Shown piece by piece: positions 47,179 to 56,891 of a DNA stretch of 64,000 nt. The notes under the pieces are model-generated. The model was not told the origin of the DNA. It was given only the letters and a program-made list of their open reading frames with translations, and did not search any database. Positions within the stretch are counted from its first letter, which is position 1; each line of letters opens with the position of its first letter. The DNA lies in the IMG/VR virus record IMGVR_UViG_3300042542_004852; one strand, 5' to 3'. The DNA is from a virus. The position numbers and the translations under genes are program-made.

Positions 47179-47509
47179 AAAACTCATAGTTTCAAAATTT
47201 GTCGAGATTCCCGCTAAATCAAAACGGGAGTTTTGGCAAAGAGAATATGTATTGCTGAATCGTTTAGTTGAGAGATACGGTCTAGAATTTCTAAGAGATA
47301 CAAGTTTCTCCTTAAAAGGAGACAGCTTAGCTATTTTATTTGCGCCCAAAATCCTTCAAGATTTAGATAAAAGATTCAAAATTTACAGCAGTGAATCTCG
47401 TATAACTAGGGAGCCTCAAATCATTTTGCAAGACGACCCGTTGCATAAACCAATTTTAATTGAGCATAAACCCAAAACCATTAGAGATTTTTTACATGAA
47501 AAAGACTAA
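47156..47509 (+). CDS. hypothetical protein
   Basis: Coupled ORF upstream of recA. Confidence 0.6.
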   Translation: MPQKKLNKKLIVSKFVEIPAKSKREFWQREYVLLNRLVERYGLEFLRDTSFSLKGDSLAILFAPKILQDLDKRFKIYSSESRITREPQIILQDDPLHKPILIEHKPKTIRDFLHEKD

Positions 47510-48635
47510 AGAAACAGAAGACAAAAAAATCACTTCAAGCGAAATCCTTGACTCTTTCCTAAAGCAAAATTCGGAAGATCACTATAATTTTGAAGAGACA
47601 GTTGACTACAAGGTTTCAAGCGGATCATTGCAGCTTGATCTTCAATTGGGCGGAGGTTTTGGTCCTGGCCTGCACAGATTTGTAGGAATAAATGAAGGCG
47701 GAAAAACCAGTGAAGCTCTAGAAGTAATGAAGAACTTCTTGATCGAAATTCCAAACTCTAAAGGTTTTTACATCAAGGCTGAAGGTCGTCTTTCTCCAGA
47801 AATGCAAAAGCGTTCTGGAATCAAGTTTGTTTTCAGCGCCGAAGAATGGGTTGTTGGAACTTGCTTTGTTTTTGAAAGCAATATTTATGAAACTGTTGTG
47901 GGAGCAATGAGACAACTGGTTTCGAAGAACGAAGAAACAATTAAATTCTGCTTTCTCTTGGATGCGGTTGATGGTCTTATCGCCAAGAACGATATGGACA
48001 AGTCCTTTGAGGAAAGCGCGAAGGTGGCTGGTGGCGCAGTGATTGCAGCCACATTCATGAAGAAGCTCTCTATTGCGCTTGCAAAGCGAGGCCACATGGC
48101 CATCTTCATTTCACAAGTCAGAGCAGACATCAAGCTTGACCCATACTCTAAAGCTCCTATTCGCCAGACATCTGCCACAGGAGGCAATGCACTGCTACAC
48201 TTCGCAAACTGGATTCTTGAGTTTGAAGCTCGATTCAAGGGAGATTTGATTCTCAAAAATGCTGGCGACAAGAGCATTGACTTGGAAAAAAATCCTCCAA
48301 TTGGACACTGGGCGAAAGTCACAATTAAGAAATCTCCAAACGAAAAAACCAATCTAACCATCCCATATCCTATTCGGTATGGGCGTACAGGAGGTAAGTC
48401 TATCTGGATTGAGAAGGAGATTGTTGATCTACTCTTGGCTTGGGAACTTGTCAATAAGAGCGGTGCTTGGTTCTCTCCAAGCGAAGATTTCTTGCAGCTA
48501 CTAGCTGAAAACTCTCTGACATTCCCACCTAAAATTCAAGGCGAAGCATCTCTTTTTAAGGTTGTTGAAGAGGACGCAGCGCTTCTTAGCTTTTTGATTG
48601 AATATTTTCGCAAAATGATCGCCAATGAAGTTTAA
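47496..48635 (+). CDS. recA: RecA/UvsX-like recombinase
   Basis: SSGSLQLD..LGGG, G.NEGGKTS, FISQVR, TGGNALLH. Confidence 0.9.
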   Translation: MKKTKETEDKKITSSEILDSFLKQNSEDHYNFEETVDYKVSSGSLQLDLQLGGGFGPGLHRFVGINEGGKTSEALEVMKNFLIEIPNSKGFYIKAEGRLSPEMQKRSGIKFVFSAEEWVVGTCFVFESNIYETVVGAMRQLVSKNEETIKFCFLLDAVDGLIAKNDMDKSFEESAKVAGGAVIAATFMKKLSIALAKRGHMAIFISQVRADIKLDPYSKAPIRQTSATGGNALLHFANWILEFEARFKGDLILKNAGDKSIDLEKNPPIGHWAKVTIKKSPNEKTNLTIPYPIRYGRTGGKSIWIEKEIVDLLLAWELVNKSGAWFSPSEDFLQLLAENSLTFPPKIQGEASLFKVVEEDAALLSFLIEYFRKMIANEV

Positions 48636-49032
48636 AACTTTAAATGGTAAAGAAAAGTTGCTGAAAAATGCGTCAAAATATCTTATTAATTGGCGAACGA
48701 AAACTCGCAGCAAATTCCAAGACGAAGTTAAAAAGTTTTTAAAAGCATATTGGAATGATGATTTTGTGTTTGAAGAGCTAAGGCTCGTTGACACAAGAAT
48801 GACTTTTGACTTTTATAATGCAAACAAAAAAATTGCAATTGAGGTCCAAGGTCAGCAGCATACAAAATTTGTTCCTTTCTTTCACGGCAATAGAAATAAA
48901 TTTTTACAGCAATTAAAAAGAGACAATAAAAAGCTAGAATTTTGCGAGATGAACGGCATCAAACTTGTTGAAATTTATTCTATTTCAGAATTGAATAAAG
49001 ATTTTTTTGAATCGTATGAAATTTATCTGTAA
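48625..49032 (+). CDS. DUF559/Vsr-like PD-(D/E)xK endonuclease
   Basis: FDFY....IAIEVQGQQH and RD..K..FC..NGI.L. Confidence 0.78.
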   Translation: MKFKTLNGKEKLLKNASKYLINWRTKTRSKFQDEVKKFLKAYWNDDFVFEELRLVDTRMTFDFYNANKKIAIEVQGQQHTKFVPFFHGNRNKFLQQLKRDNKKLEFCEMNGIKLVEIYSISELNKDFFESYEIYL

Positions 49033-49040
49033 TATAAAAC

Positions 49041-49325
49041 ATGCTGAATAATAAAATCAAAGAAATTCCTCAGTTCGAAATGCCTTCAAACTTTATCGAA
49101 CAAATCTATGAACTCAGCGGCAACGCAGACAAGTATAAAGGCGTTCTACTAGGTTATGTTTCAGAAGACGGCACACCAGTCATCTACTGCAAATATGATT
49201 CTCAAGTCGTAGAATTCGGCATGAGAAAAGCTTTGGAAAAATATCTTCAAAATTCAGACGAGGCTGAAACTGCATATAGCCTTGGAGAAGAAGAAAATGA
49301 TGAAGATGATGTTGACGAAGATTGA
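49041..49325 (+). CDS. hypothetical protein with acidic tail
   Basis: ORF preceded by CTGTAA-N8. Confidence 0.65.
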   Translation: MLNNKIKEIPQFEMPSNFIEQIYELSGNADKYKGVLLGYVSEDGTPVIYCKYDSQVVEFGMRKALEKYLQNSDEAETAYSLGEEENDEDDVDED

Positions 49326-49348
49326 TTTCTGAGTATCGTAATAGTAGC

Positions 49349-50866
49349 ATGATCTACTCTTATGAACTTGAAAAGCAATTGCTGGCAGCACTCATTAAAA
49401 AGCCAGAGAACTATTTTGAAATCTCTGCATTCATTAATGAAAAAGACTTTTATAGTGAAGACAATAGTTTAAATAAAACTATCTTCACAATCATTCGCCA
49501 AGCCCTAGAGGCGCACGAAGAAATTGATGACGTAATCATCGCACAACGAGTCCAGAATCTTGGAATCTCATTTGATGATGTGGTAAACGTGGCAGAATAC
49601 GTCAAGAGTCTTGGCATGAGAAAGGTGGCCGATGGCAGTCTCATTAAAACAGCCAAAGAACTTAAAAAGTACACTATTCGCAGAGAGATTTTTGAATCCT
49701 CTCAAAATATTGCGAAAAAGATGAAAACTTTGCCAGCAGAAAGTTCCTATTCGGAAATCATTTCTGTAGCTGATAAAGAATATAACAGCCGAATCAATCA
49801 ATATGAGGTTGGCAATGATTCTCCAGAAAACATCTATGATGAGATGGAATCAATGATCGAAGACAGGGGCGCAAATCCTGTTACCGAATTTGGGATGATG
49901 GGACCGCATGAAAGAATCAATAGTATTTATGGTTCTCTTTTGCGGCCAGGAAATATTACTGTTATTGTTGCTCGATCTGGCGTTGGTAAGACTCAGTTCT
50001 GCATGGACTATTCAACCAAAGTCAGTTTAGCATATAATGTTCCAGTATTGCATTTTGATAATGGCGAAATGAGCAAGGAAGAATTGATTATGCGCCAATG
50101 CTCTGCGCTTAGTGGAGTTCCTATGCACTTGATTGAAAGCGGCCAGTGGCTGCGTGCGGGAAAAGAAACAGTCGATAAGGTTCGCAACATTTGGGCCAGA
50201 GTTAAGAAGCTACAATTTTATTATTATAATGTTGGCGGCTTAGATGTTGATTCGATGATCAATACATTGAAGAGATTTTACTATTCAAAAGTTGGTCGTG
50301 GCAACAAGATGATTTTTAGTTTTGACTACATCAAAACAACATCTGATAGCACAGGCTCCAACAAAACAGAATGGCAAATGGTTGGAGAAATGGTTGATAA
50401 ATTTAAACGATGCGTTCAGAAAGATATTCTATATGATGGGTTGCCAATCATTTCAATGATTACTTCTGTTCAGTCGAACCGTTCTGGCATCACTAATAAT
50501 CGCAACTCTCAAAATGTTGTTGACGATGAAAGTATCGTATCTCTATCTGATCGAATTACTCAATTCTGTTCTCACATGTTTATTCTGAGAAATAAAACAA
50601 CAGATGAAGTCTTGAATGAAGGAGTTAGATTTGGAACGCACAAGCTCATCAATGTAAAAGCTCGACATTTGGGCAAAGATATTGCTGGCGCAGTAGAAGC
50701 TGTGCGCGTAGGCGATACGCTTCGCAAGAATTTCATTAATTTGGAATTTAAGAATTTTAATATCACAGAAAGAGGCGATCTCCGAGACATTGTTGAATTC
50801 AATGATATTGGCGAAGGTGCCGAAGAAAATGGAAGAAATACTGCCCCCGATTTTGATGAACTCTGA
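49349..50866 (+). CDS. dnaB: replicative DNA helicase
   Basis: ARSGVGKT, EMSKEEL, FDYI, QSNR, KARH. Confidence 0.92.
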   Translation: MIYSYELEKQLLAALIKKPENYFEISAFINEKDFYSEDNSLNKTIFTIIRQALEAHEEIDDVIIAQRVQNLGISFDDVVNVAEYVKSLGMRKVADGSLIKTAKELKKYTIRREIFESSQNIAKKMKTLPAESSYSEIISVADKEYNSRINQYEVGNDSPENIYDEMESMIEDRGANPVTEFGMMGPHERINSIYGSLLRPGNITVIVARSGVGKTQFCMDYSTKVSLAYNVPVLHFDNGEMSKEELIMRQCSALSGVPMHLIESGQWLRAGKETVDKVRNIWARVKKLQFYYYNVGGLDVDSMINTLKRFYYSKVGRGNKMIFSFDYIKTTSDSTGSNKTEWQMVGEMVDKFKRCVQKDILYDGLPIISMITSVQSNRSGITNNRNSQNVVDDESIVSLSDRITQFCSHMFILRNKTTDEVLNEGVRFGTHKLINVKARHLGKDIAGAVEAVRVGDTLRKNFINLEFKNFNITERGDLRDIVEFNDIGEGAEENGRNTAPDFDEL

Positions 50867-51902
50867 TCAAATAAAAGGCTCTCTTGAAAAGCTAGGTTAC
50901 ACTCTAAAAGATTTTGGAAATCATTGGAGAACAAAAGCTCTGTATCGCGGCGGCGATAATCCAACAGCGATTAAAGTGTATAAGAATAGCGGAGTATGGC
51001 AAGATTATGTTCAAGGCAATACTTCTATGCCTCTTGCTAAACTGGTTGAATTGACGCTGCAAACTAAAGACCCAAAAATCATCAAGCAGTATGTTAGTTA
51101 TAACCAAGAAGTTCAAACGCATTATATCGCAAAAGAAAAAATAGAGATGGATAAAATTTACCCCAAAGAATGCTTAAATAGACTTTTTCCAAACTTCTCT
51201 TTTTACAAGAAGCGCGGAATCAGTGAAGAAACACAGAAGCTTTATCAGTGTGGTCTGGCTGGAAATGGCCAAATGTATCAAAGAATAGTGTTTCCGATTT
51301 ATGAATCTAACGCAGAAATCTTTGGATTCAGCGGTAGAAAAATTAACGACAACAACGAATCTCCCAAGTGGAAGCATGTTGGCACAAAAACAAAATGGGT
51401 TTACCCAGCATTTGTTCCAAGAGAGCAAACAGTTGATTCTATTATTGACGAAAAGAAAGAAGTGATTTTGGTAGAAAGTATTGGAGACAGCTTGGCTTTG
51501 ACAGAAGAAGGTTATCTAAATAACCTCGTTACTTTTGGATTAGACTGCTCTCCAGCGCTCTTGAACTATCTCTGCTCCAAAGACCTGCGTAAGATCATTA
51601 TCGCCACAAATAACGATAATGAGAAGCAAAAGAATCATGGTAAAATCTCTGCTATGAAAAACTATATGAAACTCAGTCAGTTTTTTGACTTTGAGCAATT
51701 ATCAGTTCAATTACCTTTGGCTAATGATTTTGGAGAAATGAGACAAAAAGAAATGTCATTTAAGGACTGGTATCAAGAGTCAAATGTTTCTCAAGAAGCT
51801 AAATTAACTGATTATAAAGATTTCTGCTCTGCCAATCGTACTTCTTTTCAAGAAAAGAAATTGGAGAAATTTTTTAAAAAACTACAAAACTTTGGAATCT
51901 AA
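50856..51902 (+). CDS. dnaG: DNA primase (TOPRIM)
   Basis: RIVFPI..GFSGR..PKW, LVESIGD, ATNND, NDFGE. Confidence 0.88.
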   Translation: MNSDQIKGSLEKLGYTLKDFGNHWRTKALYRGGDNPTAIKVYKNSGVWQDYVQGNTSMPLAKLVELTLQTKDPKIIKQYVSYNQEVQTHYIAKEKIEMDKIYPKECLNRLFPNFSFYKKRGISEETQKLYQCGLAGNGQMYQRIVFPIYESNAEIFGFSGRKINDNNESPKWKHVGTKTKWVYPAFVPREQTVDSIIDEKKEVILVESIGDSLALTEEGYLNNLVTFGLDCSPALLNYLCSKDLRKIIIATNNDNEKQKNHGKISAMKNYMKLSQFFDFEQLSVQLPLANDFGEMRQKEMSFKDWYQESNVSQEAKLTDYKDFCSANRTSFQEKKLEKFFKKLQNFGI

Positions 51903-52929
51903 AAACCGAACATCACTATCAGCAAGTCGCATCAAAACTGCTCAATCATGCAGTTGGAAATATTGGTGTTCTTATCGTTTAAAATTACCTGATAAAAGCA
52001 ATGACGGCGCTCGAAGAGGGTCAATATGTCACTTAGTTTTTGAATGCTTGGGCGAAAACCGCCACAAAAAACACTTTTCTCTCATCATCAAGAAAAGAGA
52101 TGTCTTTTCTAGCAAAGCTATCGAAAGACTAATTCGCAAACATGCGAAAAAAGAAGGAGTTAATGACGAAGATAATATCAAGCAGATTTGTGATATGACA
52201 CTTGCTGGTCTTCAATATGACTTCTTTGGAGCAGAAAATGGCAAACCTTCAGAAGCTTTGAGCGAGCAAGATTTTGAAATTGATGTTAAAGAAGGCAAGT
52301 TTGATTACAGAATCAAAGGCTTTATTGACAAACTCTTTCTTTATAAGAAGCAGGGGTTAGCTATCATCCGCGACTTTAAAAGCAGTAAAGAAGTTTTCAA
52401 GGGAAAAGACCTTGAGAATAACTTACAAGATTTGATGTATTCTCTTGCTGTTAAAAAGCAATTTCCAGACTATAACAATCGCTGTTCTGAATTCCTATTT
52501 TTAAAATTCTTACCAAATGAAAAAGGCGTTGTTAGGATGCCAGCACTAACAGAAGAAGAGTTAGACGGTTTTCAATCTGAGCTAACTGAAATCCAAAAAT
52601 ACTTGGATAATTTTGATATTCAAACGGCATTTTCTAATTTAGCAGCTAGACAAGATTACCCCAAAGATAATTCTTTTAGTGGTCCTTTACAATGTGGAAG
52701 AGCCATTCGCAAAGGACAACTCAAAAAAGATGGCAGCTTAATGTATCATTGCCCATATAAATTTGATTTTTACTATTATAAAATTTGCGACATGAAAGGG
52801 GTAATGATTGCCTCATGTTTCTTGGAGGACTTTGACGAATACATTAAAAAGTATCCCGAAGATAAATATCTTTATCAGACGATGTTCTATAGCGGCTGTC
52901 CAGCATTCAATAAAGGAATTGACAGATAG
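51892..52929 (+). CDS. PD-(D/E)xK (RecB/Cas4-like) exonuclease
   Basis: LSASRI....C, GFIDKL, RDFKS, Q...Y, C-terminal Cys residues. Confidence 0.85.
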   Translation: MESKNRTSLSASRIKTAQSCSWKYWCSYRLKLPDKSNDGARRGSICHLVFECLGENRHKKHFSLIIKKRDVFSSKAIERLIRKHAKKEGVNDEDNIKQICDMTLAGLQYDFFGAENGKPSEALSEQDFEIDVKEGKFDYRIKGFIDKLFLYKKQGLAIIRDFKSSKEVFKGKDLENNLQDLMYSLAVKKQFPDYNNRCSEFLFLKFLPNEKGVVRMPALTEEELDGFQSELTEIQKYLDNFDIQTAFSNLAARQDYPKDNSFSGPLQCGRAIRKGQLKKDGSLMYHCPYKFDFYYYKICDMKGVMIASCFLEDFDEYIKKYPEDKYLYQTMFYSGCPAFNKGIDR

Positions 52930-52947
52930 AACGTATCATGCTAGATT
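52919..52947 (+). promoter_or_regulatory. sigma70 promoter, leaderless
   Basis: TTGACA-N17-TAGATT-N5-ATG. Confidence 0.65.
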
Positions 52948-52952
52948 AAAGC

Positions 52953-53702
52953 ATGATTCCACTCTTCAAGAGCACATATAGTATAGGAAAGTCGATACTA
53001 ACACTAGACGATCCAAAAGAAACCAAAGAAGGCGGTTCTGATAGCATCATCTCGATTGCGAAAGAAAACAAATTGTCAGAAATCTTCTTGGTGGAAGATT
53101 CAATGATCGGCTTTTTGGACGCTCATCAGAAATGCAAAGAGCATGATATTCAATTAATTTTTGGCTCTAGAATATCTTGCTGCAACTCTGTGTCAGAAGA
53201 AGATAAGAAATCTTCCGAACATAAGATTATTGTCTTTGCCAAGAATGATAAAGGTGTTAAAAATTTAACTCGCATCTTTTCTTTGGCGAATCAAAAGAAT
53301 GGTGGCTTTGTTGACTCTGTATCTCTACAAAATAACTGGTCAGACGATTTGATGCTGTGCATTCCATTTTACGATTCTTTTATTTATAATAATAACTTTA
53401 GAGGCAAACAATGCTTGCCAAACTTTAAGTTTACAAAGACGACTTATTTTATCGAGAGTAATGATTTACCATTTGATCATATTCTAAAAGCTAAGGTCGA
53501 AAAATGGGCATCAGCATTTGGCGATAGCATTCAGAAAACAAAGTCTATTTACTATAAAAATCGCAAAGACTTTGAAGCTTGGCAGACATACAAATGTTTG
53601 TGCAAACGCGCTTTTGGTAAAGAGCAGTCGCTCTCCAGCCCAAACTTGGAACATTGTGGTAGTGATTCATTCTCTTGGGAGGCATTTAAAAATGAAAGAT
53701 AA
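52953..53702 (+). CDS. stand-alone PHP domain of Pol III alpha (metal ligands degenerate)
   Basis: STYS..SIL, IQLIFG, FAKN.KG.KNL. Confidence 0.8.
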   Translation: MIPLFKSTYSIGKSILTLDDPKETKEGGSDSIISIAKENKLSEIFLVEDSMIGFLDAHQKCKEHDIQLIFGSRISCCNSVSEEDKKSSEHKIIVFAKNDKGVKNLTRIFSLANQKNGGFVDSVSLQNNWSDDLMLCIPFYDSFIYNNNFRGKQCLPNFKFTKTTYFIESNDLPFDHILKAKVEKWASAFGDSIQKTKSIYYKNRKDFEAWQTYKCLCKRAFGKEQSLSSPNLEHCGSDSFSWEAFKNER

Positions 53703-54327
53703 TTTACTAAGATTCGATTTCAATCAAAAATATATCATTCTGGACACAGAAACAGAGGGGCTTAACCTACTTCATTCAAGACCTTGGCAAATCGCATGGA
53801 TTGAAGCTGTTGGTAAGAAGATCATTTCGCGCCAAGAGAGATACATCTATTGGCCAGACTTTAAAATCAGCGATGGTGCGGCGAAAATCACTGGTTTTAA
53901 TTATGATAAATATCGTGATCTTGCTCGCGATCCAAAAGAAGTTTGGGACGAATTCGTTCCTTTTTTAGAAAGGGATAGCAATAAAATCATTGGCCAAAAT
54001 ATTCTTGGGTTTGATGTTTATATGCTTAATTCTTGGAGAAGAGCGATGGGTTTAGATTCAAGCTTTGACTATGTTGACCGTGTGCTTGATACAAAAGCTT
54101 TAGCAATGGCTATCGCCAAGGAATGCAGGTCTGTTGATTGTGATGACCTTATCTGCTGGCAGTATCGCTGGTTAAATCATCGCGAAAAAGGAATTAAAAC
54201 CAGTCAAGCTCACTTGCTAAAGCATTATGAAATTCCTCATGACCCTAGTAAATTGCATGACGCACTTTATGACATCGAAATGACATTCCAAATTTTTCAG
54301 AAACAAATCTTTGAACTAGAAATCTAA
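53692..54327 (+). CDS. dnaQ: DEDDh 3'-5' exonuclease (DnaQ-like)
   Basis: LDTETEG, N..GFD, HDALYDI. Confidence 0.88.
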   Translation: MKDNLLRFDFNQKYIILDTETEGLNLLHSRPWQIAWIEAVGKKIISRQERYIYWPDFKISDGAAKITGFNYDKYRDLARDPKEVWDEFVPFLERDSNKIIGQNILGFDVYMLNSWRRAMGLDSSFDYVDRVLDTKALAMAIAKECRSVDCDDLICWQYRWLNHREKGIKTSQAHLLKHYEIPHDPSKLHDALYDIEMTFQIFQKQIFELEI

Positions 54328-56882
54328 TGATCGAAAACTTCCAAAAATATCAGCAGCCAACACTTCCTGGCGTAAAACTTCCACAAATCATCATTGAACA
54401 AAAATACTATGATATTCTTGGAATCCCAAACACATCTTCAAATTATCAGTTTCTTCGTAAGCTATGCCACAAGGGAGTTTTAGAAAAAGAAATTGACAAA
54501 AAAGAAAACGCTCAAATTTATTATGAGCGCGTAAAAACAGAGCTTAGCTTATTTGAAGAGCTTGGGTTTATTGATTATGTTCTCTTAAATTGGGACATTT
54601 TAAAATTCTGTCATGAGAATGAAATTCCTACTGGACCAGGGCGCGGTTCTGCCGCTGGTTCTTTGGTGCTGTATTTGATTGGCGTAACTAAGGTTGATCC
54701 GATTCAGTATGAATTATACTTCGAGCGATTTGTTTCGAAGAGTCGAGCAAAAAAGATTATCGTTGATGGGGAAACTTATTTAGACGGCTCTCTGCTAGCG
54801 GACGTTGATAATGATATTGCTTATGAACGCCGCCAAGAAGTGATTAAATTTATTGAACAAAAATACTCTGGTAAAACATGCAAAATTCTTACGCTCAACA
54901 CTTTGAGCAGTAAGCTTTGCGTAAAGGAATGCGGAAAACTTGTTGGCGAGCTACCAGAATCATCAGTAAATGAAATCAGCGACTTGATTCCCAAGAAATT
55001 TGGTAAAGTTGCAAGCCTCAAAAATGCTTGCCAAGAAAATGATAAGTTTAGAGAATGGGCGAATGAAAATAAAAAAATCTTTGAAATCGCTCAGAAGCTT
55101 GAGGGCTTAATTAAAAATACTGGCGTTCATCCATCAGGCATTGCAATTAGTCACTATGATTTGGAAGAGATTATGCCTCTTCAAACAACGGGAGAAGGCG
55201 ATCTTGTTTCTGGCTATGACATGAATGATGTTGCTAGTTTGTGTGTTAAGTTTGATATTCTTGGCTTGCGCACTCTTTCAGTAATTCATGATGTCTGTAA
55301 GCAGATTGGTTTTGACATCACAAAACTAGATATGCAGAGCGAAGAGATTTATAGCTATCTACAAAATCTACAAACTCCTCAAGGACTGTTTCAAATTGAA
55401 GCTGATACAAACTTCAAAGTCGCTCAAAAAGTGAGGCCAAAAAATCTAGAACAGCTATCTGCTGTGGTTGCTATTGCTCGACCTGGAGCTTTAGACTTCT
55501 TGGACCGATATGCCCACTATGTTAATGTTGGCGATTTTCAAAGCGTGCATCCTTTCTTTGATGATGTTCTTCAATACACTGGTGGTATTCCACTGTATCA
55601 GGAGCAGCTAATGAGAATGGCAGTGAAAGTAGGCTTTACTCTTGACGAGTCTGAGCAGCTTCGCCGCATTGTGGGAAAGAAGAAAGTGGATCAAATGGCC
55701 GCTTGGCAAGATAAAATTAAGGAAAAAATTGAACAAAACAATCTTGATCCTGTCATTGGAGAAGTGCTATGGAAAGTTGCAGAAGATTCTGCAAACTATT
55801 CTTTCAACAAATCTCACTCCATTTCTTATGCGATTCTTGCTGCGTGGACTCTTTATCTAAAGTTTAAACATCCTCAGTATTTCTTTTTGAGCTTGTTGAA
55901 AATGACACAGTTTGAACCTGATTCATACTCAGAGATTAATAAAATTACCCAAGAGCTTCCTTATTTCGATATGAAGCTTTTGGCCCCAGACCTCACAAAA
56001 TCCAAGACGGACTTCTCAATCGAGAAAAAAGATATTCGTTATGGATTAAACAGTATCAAAGGCATTTCAGATAATACCATGAGCGCTCTACTGGAGTTTT
56101 GCAATGCTGAATTAAAAAACAAATACGATGTTTTTTCAGTAGCCAAGCAAGCTGGATTAAATATTGGTGCTTTGTCTGCGCTTGTGCAAGCTGGAGCATT
56201 GAATAGTTTTTCAGAAGATCGCTGCCGAATGGTGTTGGAAGCTCAGTCATTTAACATTCTAACTGATAGAGAGAAGCGTTTGTTTTGCTCTTTGGGCGAG
56301 AAATATGACTTTGATATTTTGAAAACAATTCATGATTGCGTCAAAAATAAACAAATTGGCGATGATAACAAACCGATCATGAGCGATAAAAGGTTTCAAA
56401 CCTTCAAGCAAAAATATGCTGGCTATCGAGAAATCTACGACAAAAACTCAAAATATCCAAAATTTGCCAATTGGTATTTTGAAACTAAATTGCTTGGATA
56501 CTCTTATTCGCAAATTGTTAAAAATATCTTTTCAGAAGAAGATTCAGAAAAATATGTGAATTGCATGACTTTCAACTCTCTTGACATCAATGAAAACGTG
56601 CGTATCGTAGGCGTTGTAAAAGACTGCTTCCGCAAGAAAAGCTCTAATGGAAACAAATATGCAAAACTTGAAATCGCTGATGAAACAGGAAAAGTTAAAG
56701 CTATGCTTCTTGATTCTCGTCAAAAAGCTAGACTAACAGAATATCTTGATAACGGCAATAAATTGCCAAAAGAAGAAAGCATCGTGATCATAACTGGTAA
56801 AAAAGGAGAAGACATATTATTCATAGATAAATTAGCGATCTTGGATGAGAAAATTTATATGAAACTGTCTGAAATTAAATAG
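54327..56882 (+). CDS. dnaE: DNA polymerase III alpha catalytic core (no PHP domain)
   Basis: GPGRGSAAGSL, FERF, DVDND, KFDILGL, YQEQ, YSFNKSH, C-terminal OB fold. Confidence 0.95.
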   Translation: MIENFQKYQQPTLPGVKLPQIIIEQKYYDILGIPNTSSNYQFLRKLCHKGVLEKEIDKKENAQIYYERVKTELSLFEELGFIDYVLLNWDILKFCHENEIPTGPGRGSAAGSLVLYLIGVTKVDPIQYELYFERFVSKSRAKKIIVDGETYLDGSLLADVDNDIAYERRQEVIKFIEQKYSGKTCKILTLNTLSSKLCVKECGKLVGELPESSVNEISDLIPKKFGKVASLKNACQENDKFREWANENKKIFEIAQKLEGLIKNTGVHPSGIAISHYDLEEIMPLQTTGEGDLVSGYDMNDVASLCVKFDILGLRTLSVIHDVCKQIGFDITKLDMQSEEIYSYLQNLQTPQGLFQIEADTNFKVAQKVRPKNLEQLSAVVAIARPGALDFLDRYAHYVNVGDFQSVHPFFDDVLQYTGGIPLYQEQLMRMAVKVGFTLDESEQLRRIVGKKKVDQMAAWQDKIKEKIEQNNLDPVIGEVLWKVAEDSANYSFNKSHSISYAILAAWTLYLKFKHPQYFFLSLLKMTQFEPDSYSEINKITQELPYFDMKLLAPDLTKSKTDFSIEKKDIRYGLNSIKGISDNTMSALLEFCNAELKNKYDVFSVAKQAGLNIGALSALVQAGALNSFSEDRCRMVLEAQSFNILTDREKRLFCSLGEKYDFDILKTIHDCVKNKQIGDDNKPIMSDKRFQTFKQKYAGYREIYDKNSKYPKFANWYFETKLLGYSYSQIVKNIFSEEDSEKYVNCMTFNSLDINENVRIVGVVKDCFRKKSSNGNKYAKLEIADETGKVKAMLLDSRQKARLTEYLDNGNKLPKEESIVIITGKKGEDILFIDKLAILDEKIYMKLSEIK

Positions 56883-56891
56883 TGTAAAAAC

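Noticed and set aside
51892-52929. Cas4-like nuclease as part of a CRISPR-Cas system
   Set aside because: No array or other cas genes; it sits in the replication operon like ordinary phage exonucleases.
38612-56882. Inteins or introns in nrdA, recA, dnaB or dnaE
   Set aside because: Proteins are compact, with no splice-junction motifs or homing endonuclease inserts.
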